Positions 30,910 through 41,761 of a stretch of DNA of 64,000 nucleotides are shown in pieces (positions within the stretch are counted from its first letter, which is position 1; every line of letters starts with the position of its first letter). Origin of the DNA: Opitutales bacterium. Its GTDB lineage: Bacteria > Verrucomicrobiota > Verrucomicrobiia > Opitutales > CAXXNP01. Below the pieces are notes generated by a model that was not told the origin of the DNA, ran no database searches, and was given only the letters and a program-made list of their open reading frames with translations. Where the stretch lies: positions 1,216,163 to 1,280,162 of the forward strand of contig OY762281.2 of the NCBI GenBank assembly GCA_963665345.2. The letters run 5' to 3'. Position numbers and translations under genes: made by a program.

Positions 30910-33900
30910 ATGAGTCGCCGTTGCTCGATCGATTTCGCCACCTCAGCGCCGCCGGCGGTATGGTCTCGATCAGGGTTCCCACCACCGCGCGGTGATCGCG
31001 CAAGCGTTTGTACGATTCCAGATCGAGTTTCCAAGTCAGGGACGGTGCGGTCTCGGCGATGGCCACGCGTTCGTCCTCAAGGATGAATCCTAGCTTCACT
31101 TCCGTCTTACCGAAGTTATCATCAATCGTGCGTCGCAGGGCATGGAAAAAGTCCTCGCAGGATTCATCAGGCTTGACAATCCAACACACCGAACTGATCA
31201 GTTCCGGAATGGCCGGCTCCAGTTTTCGAATCGATTCCACAGACAGCATGACGTCTCCGTTGCGGTGATTCACACTGCCTTCAACAAGGATGACTCTGCC
31301 CTCCTCGAGCAAGCTGCCGAACTGCGAAAATCGGTCAGTGTATACGTTCAGGTCGTAGCTGGCCTTTCGTGTGTCCAGGTTGACCACGCACCATGGGCGA
31401 TTGTTGCGCCGGGATATTTTCTTGGCCACGGAGGAGACGACTCCACAGAGCCGGAAAAGGGACCGGTCGGGCAGGTTTTGGTGGCTGACGTCCCCTATGG
31501 TGGAAAGCGCTTCGGACAGCCCCCGATAGCCGTTCAAGGGGTGTCCGGAGACATAAAATCCGAGAAGCTCCTTTTCGTGCAGTAGCTTTTCATTCGAGGG
31601 CATCGGTGCAGTTTGGGCGCCGTTATTGCCCGTCGCGTTTCCCGAGCGGCCGGTGTTGAGCGATTCAGTATCGCCCAGCATGTCGAAGAATGAGGCCTGA
31701 CCCCGTTCTCGATCTCGCTGTAAGATTGCGACTTCGCTGAGCGAGCGATCAAGATCATCGAGCAGAAAACGCCGATCCTGTTCGAATGAGTCGAATGCAC
31801 CGGAGCGGATCAGGCATTCCAGGACGCGCTTATTGACGGTCTTATTGTCCACGCGCGCCACCAGGTCGCGGAAACTCTCATAATCACCGTTCTCGTCCCG
31901 TTCGGACAAGATCCCAGAGGCGGCGGAATCGCCGACGCCTTTGATAGCTGCCAGGCCAAAACGTATGCTGCGGCGCCCACCCATGGACTGGGTAACGGGC
32001 GTGAAGCTCTCGCGCGAGAGGTTGATATCAGGCCCGAGCACGGATATACTCATGAGCCCACATTCGCTGATGAAGCGCGCAACTTTCTCCGAGTTTCCCA
32101 GTTCACTGGAGAGCAGAGCGGCCATGAACTGCACACCGTAATTCGCCTTCAGGTGCGCCGTCTGGTAGCTCAACACGGCGTAAGCGGCAGCGTGCGCCTT
32201 GGTGAATCCGTAACCGGCAAATTTCTCCAGGATGGCAAAAATCTCCAAGGCAAGCTCGCGCTCGATGCCGTGGCACTTCTGGGCGCCCAGCACAAAAACC
32301 TCGCGTTGTTCTGCCATTTCCTCGGGTTTCTTTTTGCCCATGGCCCGCCGCAGAATATCGGCGCCGCCCAGGGTATAGCCGGCGATGATCTTAGCCGCTT
32401 CCATTACCTGCTCCTGGTAAACCATGACGCCGTAGGTCTCCCTGCAGATATCCTCGAGCAGAGGATGAGGAAAGCGGACCGTCTCAGGGTTCTGTTTGCC
32501 GCGGATGTAGTCCGGTATCCACTCCATTGGGCCCGGACGATAAAGCGCGATAAGCGCTACGATTTCGTCGATATTGGAAATGCCGAATTGCCGGCAGAGA
32601 TTCTTCATTCCGCCTGACTCGAGTTGGAAGACCCCTACGGTATGCGCTTTGTTGATGAGCCGAAAAGCCTTCTCGTCGTCCAGCGGCACCTCCTGAATAT
32701 TGAATTGGGGATCCTCCGTCTGGCGAATGTTGTGCTCGGTGTCGGCAATCACGGTGAGTGTTTTGAGCCCTAGAAAGTCGACCTTAAGGAGGCCGAGTTC
32801 CTCTACGGGATCTTTCGGATACTGAGTCGTGAGCGTTTTATCCTGGATGGTCAGGGGTATGTACTCATCGAGCGGTTTGTCTCCAATGATGACGCCGGCG
32901 GCGTGCGTGCCGGTGTTGCGCACCATGCCTTCGATGACTCTGCCTTGCTCGATAATCTGCCGTGCCTGCTCGTTTTGCTCCACTTCGGCCTGGAGTTCGC
33001 TGCTGCGCTCCAGGGCCAGATCGATCGAGATCTTGGGATCGTCGGGTATCATTTTGGCAATGCGGTCAGCCTCGGCGTAGGGAATATCGAGGACGCGGGC
33101 CACGTCGCGAACCACCATTTTGGCTCCGAAAGTCCCAAATGTGATGATATTGGCGACGCATTTTTCGCCATATTTGTGGCGCACATAGCCGATGACCTCG
33201 TCCCGTCGTCGCATGCAGAAGTCGATATCAAAATCGGGTGGGGAGACGCGTTCGGGATTGAGCATACGCTCGAACAGGAGCTTGAATCGCAATGGATCGA
33301 TACCCGTGATGTTGGTCAGGTAGGCGACCAGGCTGGCGGGGCCCGAGCCGCGACCGGGGCCGACTGGAATGCCGCGATCCAAGGCCCAGTTGATGAAATC
33401 TTGTACGATCAGGTAATAGTCGACAAATCCAGTCTTTTGAATAATTCCGAGCTCATGGTCGATACGCTCCACGAGAGTCGCGGCGAAAGCCGGGTCGGAG
33501 GCCTTGCGGGGATGGTGGTAATCGACATTGTATCGCCTCATCAACCCTTCGATACTAAGATGGCGCAGGTATTCGGTGTTGTCTTTGAACGAACCCTGAT
33601 CGGCTTCCGGAAGTCGAAATACGGGGTAATGATTTTCGCCAAAAGGGAGGTGAACATCGACCATTTCGGCAATCGCGGCCGTGTTCATCAGCGCATCGGG
33701 CCGTTCCCCGAAAGTTTGCAGCATGGCTTCTCCCGATTTGAGGTAAAACTGGTCGTTGGGGTAGCGTAGGCGTTTTTCATCCGCTACTTTGCTTCCGGTC
33801 TGTATGCAAAGTAGCAGATCGTGGGGCCGGGAGTGGCTCTCCTCAACGTAATGCACGTCGTTTGAGCAGACGATGCGCAGGTTGAACTCCTCCGCCAGCC

Positions 33901-34489
33901 GGATCAGGTCGCCGTTGATCTGGTGTTGTTCAGCAATTCCATGGTCTTGCAGTTCGACAAAGTATCGCTCATTGCCAAATATATCCCGCATGGTTCCGGT
34001 CCACTTTCGAGCGACCTCGTAGCTCTCCTTGAGCAGGGCTTGGGGAACTACCCCCTGCAGGCAGCCGGTGAAGCCGATTAGGCCTTCGGCATGGGCTGCA
34101 AGGCATTCCATATCGACGCGAGGCTTATAGTAGAAGCCGTCGGTATGCGCGTGCGACACGAGTTTGGTCAAGTTCTGGTAGCCACGGAAATTCTGGGCGA
34201 TGAGACCCATATGGTAATAACGGTGACGTGCGCGCGCCGGCCGTTCTGTACACAAATGATCGGTGATCAAGTAGATCTCGCATCCGAGCAGCGGTTTTAT
34301 CCCACGCGCGTTGGCCTTCTGATAGAAATCAGCCACGCCGAAGAGATTGCCATGGTCCGTTATTGCCAGGGCGTTCATGCCCATATGCGCGGCGCGATCG
34401 ATGAGCCTGTCGATGCGACAGGCGCCGTCCAACAGGCTGTAGTCGGTGTGTACGTGAAGATGAATGAAGTCGTTAACAGAGGTAGTCAT
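30869..34489 (-). CDS. dnaE: DNA polymerase III alpha subunit
   Basis: 1206 aa with PHP domain [13 protein letters not shown], polymerase core, HhH, and an OB fold. The last roughly 13 codons overlap the IS66 remnant. Confidence 0.97.
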   Translation of the reverse strand: MTTSVNDFIHLHVHTDYSLLDGACRIDRLIDRAAHMGMNALAITDHGNLFGVADFYQKANARGIKPLLGCEIYLITDHLCTERPARARHRYYHMGLIAQNFRGYQNLTKLVSHAHTDGFYYKPRVDMECLAAHAEGLIGFTGCLQGVVPQALLKESYEVARKWTGTMRDIFGNERYFVELQDHGIAEQHQINGDLIRLAEEFNLRIVCSNDVHYVEESHSRPHDLLLCIQTGSKVADEKRLRYPNDQFYLKSGEAMLQTFGERPDALMNTAAIAEMVDVHLPFGENHYPVFRLPEADQGSFKDNTEYLRHLSIEGLMRRYNVDYHHPRKASDPAFAATLVERIDHELGIIQKTGFVDYYLIVQDFINWALDRGIPVGPGRGSGPASLVAYLTNITGIDPLRFKLLFERMLNPERVSPPDFDIDFCMRRRDEVIGYVRHKYGEKCVANIITFGTFGAKMVVRDVARVLDIPYAEADRIAKMIPDDPKISIDLALERSSELQAEVEQNEQARQIIEQGRVIEGMVRNTGTHAAGVIIGDKPLDEYIPLTIQDKTLTTQYPKDPVEELGLLKVDFLGLKTLTVIADTEHNIRQTEDPQFNIQEVPLDDEKAFRLINKAHTVGVFQLESGGMKNLCRQFGISNIDEIVALIALYRPGPMEWIPDYIRGKQNPETVRFPHPLLEDICRETYGVMVYQEQVMEAAKIIAGYTLGGADILRRAMGKKKPEEMAEQREVFVLGAQKCHGIERELALEIFAILEKFAGYGFTKAHAAAYAVLSYQTAHLKANYGVQFMAALLSSELGNSEKVARFISECGLMSISVLGPDINLSRESFTPVTQSMGGRRSIRFGLAAIKGVGDSAASGILSERDENGDYESFRDLVARVDNKTVNKRVLECLIRSGAFDSFEQDRRFLLDDLDRSLSEVAILQRDRERGQASFFDMLGDTESLNTGRSGNATGNNGAQTAPMPSNEKLLHEKELLGFYVSGHPLNGYRGLSEALSTIGDVSHQNLPDRSLFRLCGVVSSVAKKISRRNNRPWCVVNLDTRKASYDLNVYTDRFSQFGSLLEEGRVILVEGSVNHRNGDVMLSVESIRKLEPAIPELISSVCWIVKPDESCEDFFHALRRTIDDNFGKTEVKLGFILEDERVAIAETAPSLTWKLDLESYKRLRDHRAVVGTLIETIPPAALRWRNRSSNGDSFGAAGASAGRRSE

Positions 34490-34644
34490 GTTTCTCCTCG
34501 AGCCGATTCATCAGACTCCTTGCAGCACCGACTTTCAAGGAACATTTCTTCACGAGTTATTCACAGGCCTTTCGAAATACATTGACGTCTCCTGGAAAAG
34601 GTGTGTGGTTCTTCGTCCTTTCTCTCGAATTTGAACCTCAATTC

Positions 34645-34845
34645 ATGCCAGTAGAAGTACGTATTCGAAAAGGCGAGCCCATGGAAAGGGCTCTTCGGCG
34701 GCTCAAGAAGAAGCTGGATCGCGAAGGGGTCATCCGCGATGTCCGGTCCAAGCGTTATTTCGAGAAGCCTTCGGAGATTAAGCGGCGCAAGAAGAAGGTC
34801 GCGGCATTTTCCAATATGCTGCGGACCCGCTACGAGAATCAGTGA
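34645..34845 (+). CDS. rpsU: 30S ribosomal protein S21
   Basis: 66 aa: MPVEVRIRKGEPMERALRRLKKKLDREGV...RRKKK. Confidence 0.9.
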   Translation: MPVEVRIRKGEPMERALRRLKKKLDREGVIRDVRSKRYFEKPSEIKRRKKKVAAFSNMLRTRYENQ

Positions 34846-34863
34846 TTTTCCGGGCGACGTTAA

Positions 34864-35838
34864 TTGAGGTCGGATGCCGGTGTATTCTGGCCGGGTAAAA
34901 GAGTCCGTCCCGTGGCGCCTAAGGTAGCACTTTCGACTTGTTGGTGTTCCCACCGACACGTGGATGGCTATGAGATGGTGAGGGAAATGGCTTCGCTCGG
35001 GTTCGAATGGATTGAGTTGAGCCATGGGATTCGCTTATCGCTGATTCCGGGTATTCTTAAGGCACTGCAGGAAGGCATCGCGAAGGTTTCGTCGGTGCAC
35101 AATTTCTGTCCTCTTCCCACAGGTGTCTTGCATGCGGCTCCCAATCTCTACGAGCCCACTGGCCCCGACCCTCGGGAGCGTGACCAGTGGCTCCGGCATA
35201 CCGTGAGGACGATAGAATTTGCTGCTCAGGTAGGTGCCGATCGGGTGGTAGTCCACGGTGGGAGTATACGCACCCTTTTCTTTAACCCGGGATCCCGGCT
35301 GGAGCGATTGCGGAAGGTGCGGCGGCAAGGAAGTGGCGTGTCTTTCGAAACACTGCGCACCCAAGTGGAACGCGCGCTGCTCAAACTGCAGCGAAAAGCC
35401 CGAAAGTCCATGGGCCGTTTGAGCGCCAGCCTGGAACGCATTCTGCCTCTTGCCGAGGAGAAGGAGATTGCCTTGGGATTGGAAAATCGCGAGGGCATCA
35501 GCGAACTTCCTATGGACGCCGAAATGGCCCCGTTTCTCAAGCAGCATGGCGACACGCCGGCGCTGGGTTACTGGCACGATGTGGGTCATGCCCAGATCAA
35601 AGACCAACTGGGAATGATCGACCACTCCCAGTTCCTGTTGGAGAATCATAAGCGGGCCCTCGGGTTTCATTTGCACGATGTAAATCAAAACGGTCGTGAC
35701 CATTTACCTATCGGCCAAGGGACGATTGACTTCGATATGGTGCGTTCGTTTTTCCGTCCCGAGCACGTCCTTGTATTGGAAATTGGTCCCTCCGCGGAGA
35801 CTAGCGAGGTTCTTGCGTCCAGGGACTACCTGTTCTAG
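34864..35838 (+). CDS. sugar phosphate isomerase/epimerase (xylose isomerase-like TIM barrel)
   Basis: GFEWIELSHG, VVVHGG, LGLENREG, WHDVGHA and HLHD follow the pattern of the AP endonuclease 2 / xylose isomerase-like fold. The start (TTG) is uncertain. Confidence 0.6.
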   Translation: MRSDAGVFWPGKRVRPVAPKVALSTCWCSHRHVDGYEMVREMASLGFEWIELSHGIRLSLIPGILKALQEGIAKVSSVHNFCPLPTGVLHAAPNLYEPTGPDPRERDQWLRHTVRTIEFAAQVGADRVVVHGGSIRTLFFNPGSRLERLRKVRRQGSGVSFETLRTQVERALLKLQRKARKSMGRLSASLERILPLAEEKEIALGLENREGISELPMDAEMAPFLKQHGDTPALGYWHDVGHAQIKDQLGMIDHSQFLLENHKRALGFHLHDVNQNGRDHLPIGQGTIDFDMVRSFFRPEHVLVLEIGPSAETSEVLASRDYLF

Positions 35839-36899
35839 TGTCGTGCCTGAAGAATCTCGTTAATCCAACGCCGGTGCGGGCCTGATAGCGTGATTTGGTC
35901 CAACCTGTCGAACGCTATCCAATGTAGGAAGGGTTGTTGGGCTACTTTCTGAAGTAGATGCGGGGTTGTCGGGTGGCCAAAGATGATCTCTTGAATCCGT
36001 TCATTGCCAATTGTCCGTTTCTTCTTCAGAAGCACCCTATCATTCGGGCAATCAGCGTTGACTCCGATTTCAGCCGGTAGTTCATAGAGATCCGGCAGTC
36101 GCCTTGATCCTTTGGGGGCTCGGAAAAGAAGCAGACGCCGATTGTGTTCGACCCAAAATCGATGAACGGTGGAATCTCGATATTTTCTGGCTCGAAATAC
36201 GGGATAGGCGTTCGCATCGCCTTGACGACCGGCTTGACAGAAGGACACCAGTGGACAGACCGCGCAGAGCGGGCGCCTTCGCAGGCAGACGGTGGCGCCG
36301 AGTTCCATCATGGCCTCGTTGTGGGCACCGGGAGCTCCAGGGTCGATCAGTTCATTCGCCAGGGGCTGAAACTTCCTGAAGGCCGCACCGCTGTCGCGAA
36401 ATACTTCGTTGTCGGAGGTTAGCCGAGCGAGGATCCGGATCACATTGCCGTCAACCACGGCAGCAATCTGGCCGCAGCCAATGCTGGCAATGGCGGCTGC
36501 GGTATAGGGACCAACTCCCGGAAGCCGAATCCAGTCTTCAGCAGACGTGGGCGGCTCCCGGAGGCCTTGTAGTGTCTTGGCCAGACGGAGCAGGTTGCGA
36601 GCCCAGGCGTAGTAGCCGAGACCTTCCCACAGGTGCAGGACCTCGGACTCGGAAGCTGCAGCCAGTTCGGCAAAGCCGGGAAACCTGTCCAGCCATCGCG
36701 AAAAGTAGGGTAGGACAGTGCTGACCCGGGTCTGCTGTAGCATGAATTCTGAAACTACGATCTTGTAGACGCTCGGATTCGCTCGCCATGGCAATTCTCG
36801 TTTACACTGACTGAACCACTCCGCCAGCCGCGTCCTGACCGAGTCCCGCTTTCGAACTAAGAGGCGACGAGCCACGCTTGCATCGTTGACTTTGTGCAT
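35835..36899 (-). CDS. mutY: A/G-specific adenine DNA glycosylase
   Basis: LPWRANPSVYKIVVSEFMLQQTRV, HhH motif LPGVGPYTAAAI, Fe-S cluster CLRRRPLCAVCPLVSFC, and a NUDIX-like C-terminal domain. Confidence 0.85.
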   Translation of the reverse strand: MHKVNDASVARRLLVRKRDSVRTRLAEWFSQCKRELPWRANPSVYKIVVSEFMLQQTRVSTVLPYFSRWLDRFPGFAELAAASESEVLHLWEGLGYYAWARNLLRLAKTLQGLREPPTSAEDWIRLPGVGPYTAAAIASIGCGQIAAVVDGNVIRILARLTSDNEVFRDSGAAFRKFQPLANELIDPGAPGAHNEAMMELGATVCLRRRPLCAVCPLVSFCQAGRQGDANAYPVFRARKYRDSTVHRFWVEHNRRLLLFRAPKGSRRLPDLYELPAEIGVNADCPNDRVLLKKKRTIGNERIQEIIFGHPTTPHLLQKVAQQPFLHWIAFDRLDQITLSGPHRRWINEILQARH

Positions 36900-36948
36900 G
36901 GGTATATTGCGCTCGATTTGAGGGAACTTGTTTCCTTAGTATTGTGTC

Positions 36949-37899
36949 ATGCCCAGACCAGCAAGGAAGGCAACACGGGAACCTCCCAGACTCGCCTCCT
37001 ACACGATTGCTTTGAGCGATCAGCAAATGGAGAAGCTGGAGCACCTTTGCGGTGAAAAGGCCTATGGCTACAGCGACGTTCCCCACGCCCGCTTTGCTTT
37101 TAAATCGAAGCCGGATCGGGTAAACCTGGTAGCGTATGAGAGCGGGAAGCTGGTCGTTCAGGGAAAGGGCACGGAAGACTTCGTACGTGATTATCTGGAG
37201 GCCCAGATCACCGGTGATCCTCGCCTCGGATACGATGAGGTCCATCATCCGGAATGGTTTGAGCCCCATGCCGGACTTGATGAAGCGGGGAAAGGCGATC
37301 TATTCGGCCCATTGATTGTCGCTTGTGTTGTTGCCGACGGGGAAGCCGTTCGCGAGTGGCGGCAGGCGGGGGTCCGTGATAGCAAACAGTTGACGGATCG
37401 TTCGCTGCTTAAGCTCGAAAAAGTGGTTAGAAAGCGTTCCTCCACGGTAGTGAAGTATGCCTTCTGTGGTATGGAAAAGTACAATGAACTGATGGCGAAG
37501 CCGGGTGCGAACCTCAATCGCCTGCTAGCCTGGTTGCATGCCCGAGCGCTGGAGCAGGCACTGCTATCGAGGCGCGTAGCGTGGGGCCTCCTCGACCAAT
37601 TCAGCCGGCAACCTTTGGTACAAGGGTATCTCAAAGATAAATCATTCGACCTCCGCATGAGGACGCGGGCGGAATCCGATCCAGTGGTGGCGGCGGCGTC
37701 AATTTGCGCGCGTGCCGAGTTTCTTCGCAGACTCGATTCTCTGGGACAGGCGATCGCTGAAACCTTGCCCAGGGGATCGGGGTCGCCAGCCAGAGAGAAA
37801 GCCGAGGAGCTGGTGCGGAAAAAGGGTCCGGCGAGCTTGCAACGCGTAGCCAAAATACATTTTTCCACGGCACGAAAAATCCTGCAGAAGACGGTTTGA
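36949..37899 (+). CDS. rnhC: ribonuclease HIII
   Basis: The N-terminal TBP-like domain (ARFAFKSKPDRVNLVAYESGKLVVQGKG) is followed by an RNase HII-fold catalytic domain (GLDEAGKGDLFGPLIVA). Confidence 0.8.
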   Translation: MPRPARKATREPPRLASYTIALSDQQMEKLEHLCGEKAYGYSDVPHARFAFKSKPDRVNLVAYESGKLVVQGKGTEDFVRDYLEAQITGDPRLGYDEVHHPEWFEPHAGLDEAGKGDLFGPLIVACVVADGEAVREWRQAGVRDSKQLTDRSLLKLEKVVRKRSSTVVKYAFCGMEKYNELMAKPGANLNRLLAWLHARALEQALLSRRVAWGLLDQFSRQPLVQGYLKDKSFDLRMRTRAESDPVVAAASICARAEFLRRLDSLGQAIAETLPRGSGSPAREKAEELVRKKGPASLQRVAKIHFSTARKILQKTV

Positions 37900-38699
37900 T
37901 GAACCGGGCGAGCAATCCAGGCGCGGACGAACGGATTCACCGGCTACGGGATTTCGACCTCTGCGCCATGGCGGATCATGGTTGTGTGATCGGAGTCGAT
38001 GAAGCGGGGCGAGGCGCCCTCGCGGGGCCGGTGGTGGCGGCTGCGGTGGGCTTGAACCAGGCGTTCTATGAGAGCGCCTGGTGCCTTCGGGAGGCGATTG
38101 CGGTCGACGATTCCAAACGCGTAAACAAGGAGCGGCGCGAAACGCTGTTTGCCGAGGTCGGTCTGCTTGCTCGCAAGGGTCTGATTTCCTGCGCCTGTGG
38201 GGTAGCGTCGGTGGAGGAGATTCAGAAACTCAACATTCTGGGGGCAACGCGTTTGGCCATGGAACGGGCACTGTGCGACCTTAACCTGAAATGCATTGCC
38301 GGATCTGATCAGCTTCCTCAACAGTATTACCCTGGGGATACCCTTTTCGCCTGTGAGCGAGAGCCTGCTTTGGGACGTGAGCCGCTGATTCTCGTCGACG
38401 GGAACCCGCTTCGTCCCTTTCCCTTTGCGCACCGGGCTGTGGTCAAGGGTGATGGACGGTCGCTGGCTATCGCCATGGCCTCGATCGTAGCGAAGGTGAC
38501 TCGCGACACCTCAATGCGCGTTTTGGATCGCGAATTCCCCCAGTTCTGCTTCGCCGATCACAAGGGCTATGGGACCTGGAGACATCAGGCGGCGATTCTC
38601 AAGTATGGTCCCTGTCCCGTGCACCGGTCCAGGTTTCTGAGAAAGTTACTCGGCCCCGAACCTCATGAACGCCAGGTCGGCATTACCTATGAATCTTAG
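37899..38699 (+). CDS. rnhB: ribonuclease HII
   Basis: VIGVDEAGRGALAGPVVAAAV, DDSKRV, ASIVAKVTRD and HKGYG. The ATG overlaps the rnhC stop (TGATG). Confidence 0.85.
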   Translation: MNRASNPGADERIHRLRDFDLCAMADHGCVIGVDEAGRGALAGPVVAAAVGLNQAFYESAWCLREAIAVDDSKRVNKERRETLFAEVGLLARKGLISCACGVASVEEIQKLNILGATRLAMERALCDLNLKCIAGSDQLPQQYYPGDTLFACEREPALGREPLILVDGNPLRPFPFAHRAVVKGDGRSLAIAMASIVAKVTRDTSMRVLDREFPQFCFADHKGYGTWRHQAAILKYGPCPVHRSRFLRKLLGPEPHERQVGITYES

Positions 38700-39093
38700 C
38701 CCTGGCGGCTCTGGAAAGGTGCTTGGAATCGGAATCGATATTATTGAAGTCGATCGCGTTCAGCGGGCCTGTGAGCGCCATGGCGACCGATTCTTGAATC
38801 GCATTTTCACCGCAGAGGAGCTCGAATATTGTTTCAGGATGAAGAATCCCTACCCACACCTTGCAGGGCGATTTGCGGCCAAGGAAGCCGTGGCTAAAGC
38901 CTTCACGACTGGGATCGGCGAGTACCTGAAGTGGAAGTCCGTATCTATATATAAAGGGGAGCGCAATCAACCGCTTGTACGGTTGGATGAGAAGGGAAAA
39001 TCCCTGCTTCGCTCTTTTGAAGGATCGGGTGTACTGGTCAGTCTTGCCCACCTCAAATCCCATGCCAATGCGGTGGCGGTAATCTATGCCTGA
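38689..39093 (+). CDS. acpS: holo-[acyl-carrier-protein] synthase
   Basis: GIGIDIIEVDRV...RIFTAEELEYC...RFAAKEAVAKAF...VSLAH. The start overlaps the rnhB end by 11 nt; an alternative ATG is at 38665. Confidence 0.85.
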   Translation: MNLSPGGSGKVLGIGIDIIEVDRVQRACERHGDRFLNRIFTAEELEYCFRMKNPYPHLAGRFAAKEAVAKAFTTGIGEYLKWKSVSIYKGERNQPLVRLDEKGKSLLRSFEGSGVLVSLAHLKSHANAVAVIYA

Positions 39094-39096
39094 ATT

Positions 39097-40230
39097 GTGA
39101 ACTTGGACCGGACACTGGACGAGAGCCGCGCTTTCCTGATTCTAAACGGCATACCCACCTTGGGCCCCGTAACGCTGCAAAGGCTTTTGGAGCATTTCGA
39201 TCATGACCCCGTGGCAATACTGCAAGCTCCGGCGCGGGAACTTACCGCGATCAAGGGCGTGGGTGCTGGGGTGGCGAACATGCTGGTTAGTTGGCCCCAG
39301 AATTTCGACCTGGAAAGGGAGGAGGGACTGCTGCTGCGGCACGGCGTGAATTTTGTGACCCGCTCGGATTCATCTTATCCGGCGCTACTGCTGGAGACCT
39401 ATGATCCTCCAATCGGAATCTATCGTCTGGGCAGCTATGCCTTTCAAAATCGGTGCGTGGCCATAGTCGGCACGAGACGTCCCACTCTCTATGGGCGCCG
39501 CATTGCCCGGGCGCTGTCCGGCGAGCTGGTGGCGCTGGGGTTTTGCGTAGTCAGCGGCATGGCGCGGGGAATAGACACAGAAGCCCACCAGGGTGCGTTA
39601 GACCGAGGTGGCAGGACGGTGGCGGTCATGGGCTGCGGGATAGACATTATTTATCCACCGGAGAATCTCGACCTCTATCGGGCTATTGCCCGCGAGGGTG
39701 CAGTGGTATCCGAATTCCCGTTCGGCCGTCGCGCCGATCGACAGACGTTTCCCATGCGCAATCGAATCATTGCCGGCATCTGTGATGCCACCGTCGTAGT
39801 GGAAACCGACACCAAGGGAGGAAGCATGATTACGGCCCGATTTGCCGGTGAGCAAGGAAGGCAGGTTTTCGCTGTCCCCGGCCACATAGATCAGCCCTCC
39901 AGCCGCGGCTGCCACGCACTGATTCGTGATGGCGCCACATTGTTGACATCGGCGGAGGACATCCTGGCCGACCTGCCCTATTTGATGCAACCCGAGCTGT
40001 CTTTGGACGCGAAGCCGGCCGTTTCAACTGTCGACCCAACGCGCCTGCAAGGGCTTTCTCAGGAGGCCGGTCAGATCTTGGAGACCCTATCCGACGGTTC
40101 TGTCTGGCATCCCGATCAGATCGCGGCCATGACCGGTCTTGCGCAGCCCACGGTGCTTTCTGAACTTTTATTGCTCGAACTTCGGCGCATCGTGGGGAAA
40201 CGGAGCGATGGAGCCTACGAGCAGAGGTGA
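39097..40230 (+). CDS. dprA: DNA processing protein DprA (Smf)
   Basis: Rossmann-like DprA core (AIVGTRRPTLYGR...VSGMARGIDTEAHQGAL...VAVMGCGID...PMRNRIIAG) plus a C-terminal winged-helix domain. Confidence 0.9.
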   Translation: MNLDRTLDESRAFLILNGIPTLGPVTLQRLLEHFDHDPVAILQAPARELTAIKGVGAGVANMLVSWPQNFDLEREEGLLLRHGVNFVTRSDSSYPALLLETYDPPIGIYRLGSYAFQNRCVAIVGTRRPTLYGRRIARALSGELVALGFCVVSGMARGIDTEAHQGALDRGGRTVAVMGCGIDIIYPPENLDLYRAIAREGAVVSEFPFGRRADRQTFPMRNRIIAGICDATVVVETDTKGGSMITARFAGEQGRQVFAVPGHIDQPSSRGCHALIRDGATLLTSAEDILADLPYLMQPELSLDAKPAVSTVDPTRLQGLSQEAGQILETLSDGSVWHPDQIAAMTGLAQPTVLSELLLLELRRIVGKRSDGAYEQR

Positions 40231-40255
40231 TTAGAGGGGCTGTTTTCCAATATCG

Positions 40256-40603
40256 CTATCCCGGGGGCCAAGTCAGGGCGCGCCCTCCGAGGAGGTGAAC
40301 GTGGAGATGAGGCACCGTTTCTCCGCCATCGGGCCCGTTGTTGATCACTATACGGAAGCCGTTTTCGAGCTCCATCTCCCGGGCCAGGTCTCGGGCCACA
40401 AGGAGAAGATGACCAAGCACCTCCCTATCATTTTCAACGGCGCTTCCGATGCGGTAGATGCGCTTTCGCGGTATGATTAGCAGGTGAACCGGAGCCTGCG
40501 GATTAATATCATGAATTGCGATACAATGGTCATCTTGGTGCGCCATCCGGGCGGGGATCCGGCCCGCCATCATCTTTTCGAATATGCTTTTCGAATCAGT
40601 CAT
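40256..40603 (-). CDS. HIT family (histidine triad nucleotide-binding) protein
   Basis: 115 aa with the histidine triad VPHLHVHLLGG. Confidence 0.9.
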   Translation of the reverse strand: MTDSKSIFEKMMAGRIPARMAHQDDHCIAIHDINPQAPVHLLIIPRKRIYRIGSAVENDREVLGHLLLVARDLAREMELENGFRIVINNGPDGGETVPHLHVHLLGGRALTWPPG

Positions 40604-40619
40604 TGAGTAGGCTTTCTCG

Positions 40620-41078
40620 TTACTCGTGGCCTTGCCTCAAATCGGCGATTTCTTGTTCCAGTTCGGAGATATCTCGGAAGTCCTTGTAGACACTGGCGAA
40701 ACGAACATAGGCGATCTGGTCAATCTGCTTAAATTTGCCCATTACGCGTTCCCCGATAGCCCTGCTCGGTATTTCCTGATCAAACTCGTTTTCGAGTTCC
40801 ACCATTACGTCAGTGATCAGCATGTCGATCTGTTCCAGGTCGATGGGACGCTTTTCGCAGGCACGGCTGATGCCCGACAAGACTTTGTTGCGGTCGAATT
40901 CCTCCCGCCTTCCATCGCGTTTAACTACGATGATGCCTTCACGAAGCAACTCCTCAATTGTGGTGAAGCGGTAGTCGCAATCCACGCATTGTCGGCGCCG
41001 GCGAATGGACAGACCGTTCTTGGCAATTCGTGAATCGATTACTCGGGTTTCACGCGTAGAACATCGAGGACAGCGCAT
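40620..41078 (-). CDS. nrdR: transcriptional repressor NrdR
   Basis: Zinc ribbon [17 protein letters not shown]...[15 protein letters not shown], followed by an ATP-cone domain. Confidence 0.93.
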   Translation of the reverse strand: MRCPRCSTRETRVIDSRIAKNGLSIRRRRQCVDCDYRFTTIEELLREGIIVVKRDGRREEFDRNKVLSGISRACEKRPIDLEQIDMLITDVMVELENEFDQEIPSRAIGERVMGKFKQIDQIAYVRFASVYKDFRDISELEQEIADLRQGHE

Positions 41079-41092
41079 TCGAACTCGAGTAC

Positions 41093-41662
41093 TTAGTTAG
41101 CTATCTTGAGAAAGTTCTCCAGCACCTGAATCCCACTATCAGTGGCGAGCGACTCGGGATGAAACTGGACGCCCCATACGGGCCACGATCTGTGCTTCAA
41201 CCCCATGATTTCACCCGCATCCGTTTCCGCTGTCACTTGAAGACAGTCTGGGAGGCTCTTCCGTTCCACGATTAAGGAATGGTAGCGAGTCGCACGGAAT
41301 GGGTTGCTCATGCAGGAAAACAGCTGATTTTCCTGGTGATGCACCAGGGAGGTCTTTCCATGCATGAGCCGATCCGCTTGTACTACCCTGCCTCCGAAAT
41401 GCTGGCCAATACACTGGTGTCCGAGACAGACGCCGAACAGGGGTACGCGGCCGGCGAAGGTAGCGATGAATTCAAGGCAATGGCCAGCCTCGTCTGGTGA
41501 ACAGGGCCCCGGTGAAAGCACTACCTGCTCGGGCTCAAGCGCCAGCGCCTCTTGGGGCGTCATCTCATCGTTCCGGATAACGCGTTGCTCTACCCCCAGG
41601 CGGCCGAAGTACTGTACGAGGTTGTAGGTGAATGAGTCAAAATTGTCGACGACGAGCATCAT
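41093..41662 (-). CDS. anthranilate/aminodeoxychorismate synthase glutamine amidotransferase component
   Basis: Class I GATase: [26 protein letters not shown] and GVQFHPES. TrpG and PabA cannot be told apart by eye. Confidence 0.85.
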   Translation of the reverse strand: MMLVVDNFDSFTYNLVQYFGRLGVEQRVIRNDEMTPQEALALEPEQVVLSPGPCSPDEAGHCLEFIATFAGRVPLFGVCLGHQCIGQHFGGRVVQADRLMHGKTSLVHHQENQLFSCMSNPFRATRYHSLIVERKSLPDCLQVTAETDAGEIMGLKHRSWPVWGVQFHPESLATDSGIQVLENFLKIAN

Positions 41663-41761
41663 ACGCCAAAAGAAACGCCTTGAAAACTAAGCAGGCTTGA
41701 CCATAAGGCACGTCCCGTCAAGTACATAGGCAGCTCACGAAAGGTGTCTGGAGGCTAAACT

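Noticed and set aside
32903-33769. 288-aa plus-strand ORF inside dnaE, and similar long antisense ORFs (6631-7200, 8186-8809, 35035-35703, 37245-37940, 52975-53551, 57868-58473, 23325-23828, 25562-26008)
   Set aside because: All overlap strongly supported genes on the other strand and have no recognisable motifs.
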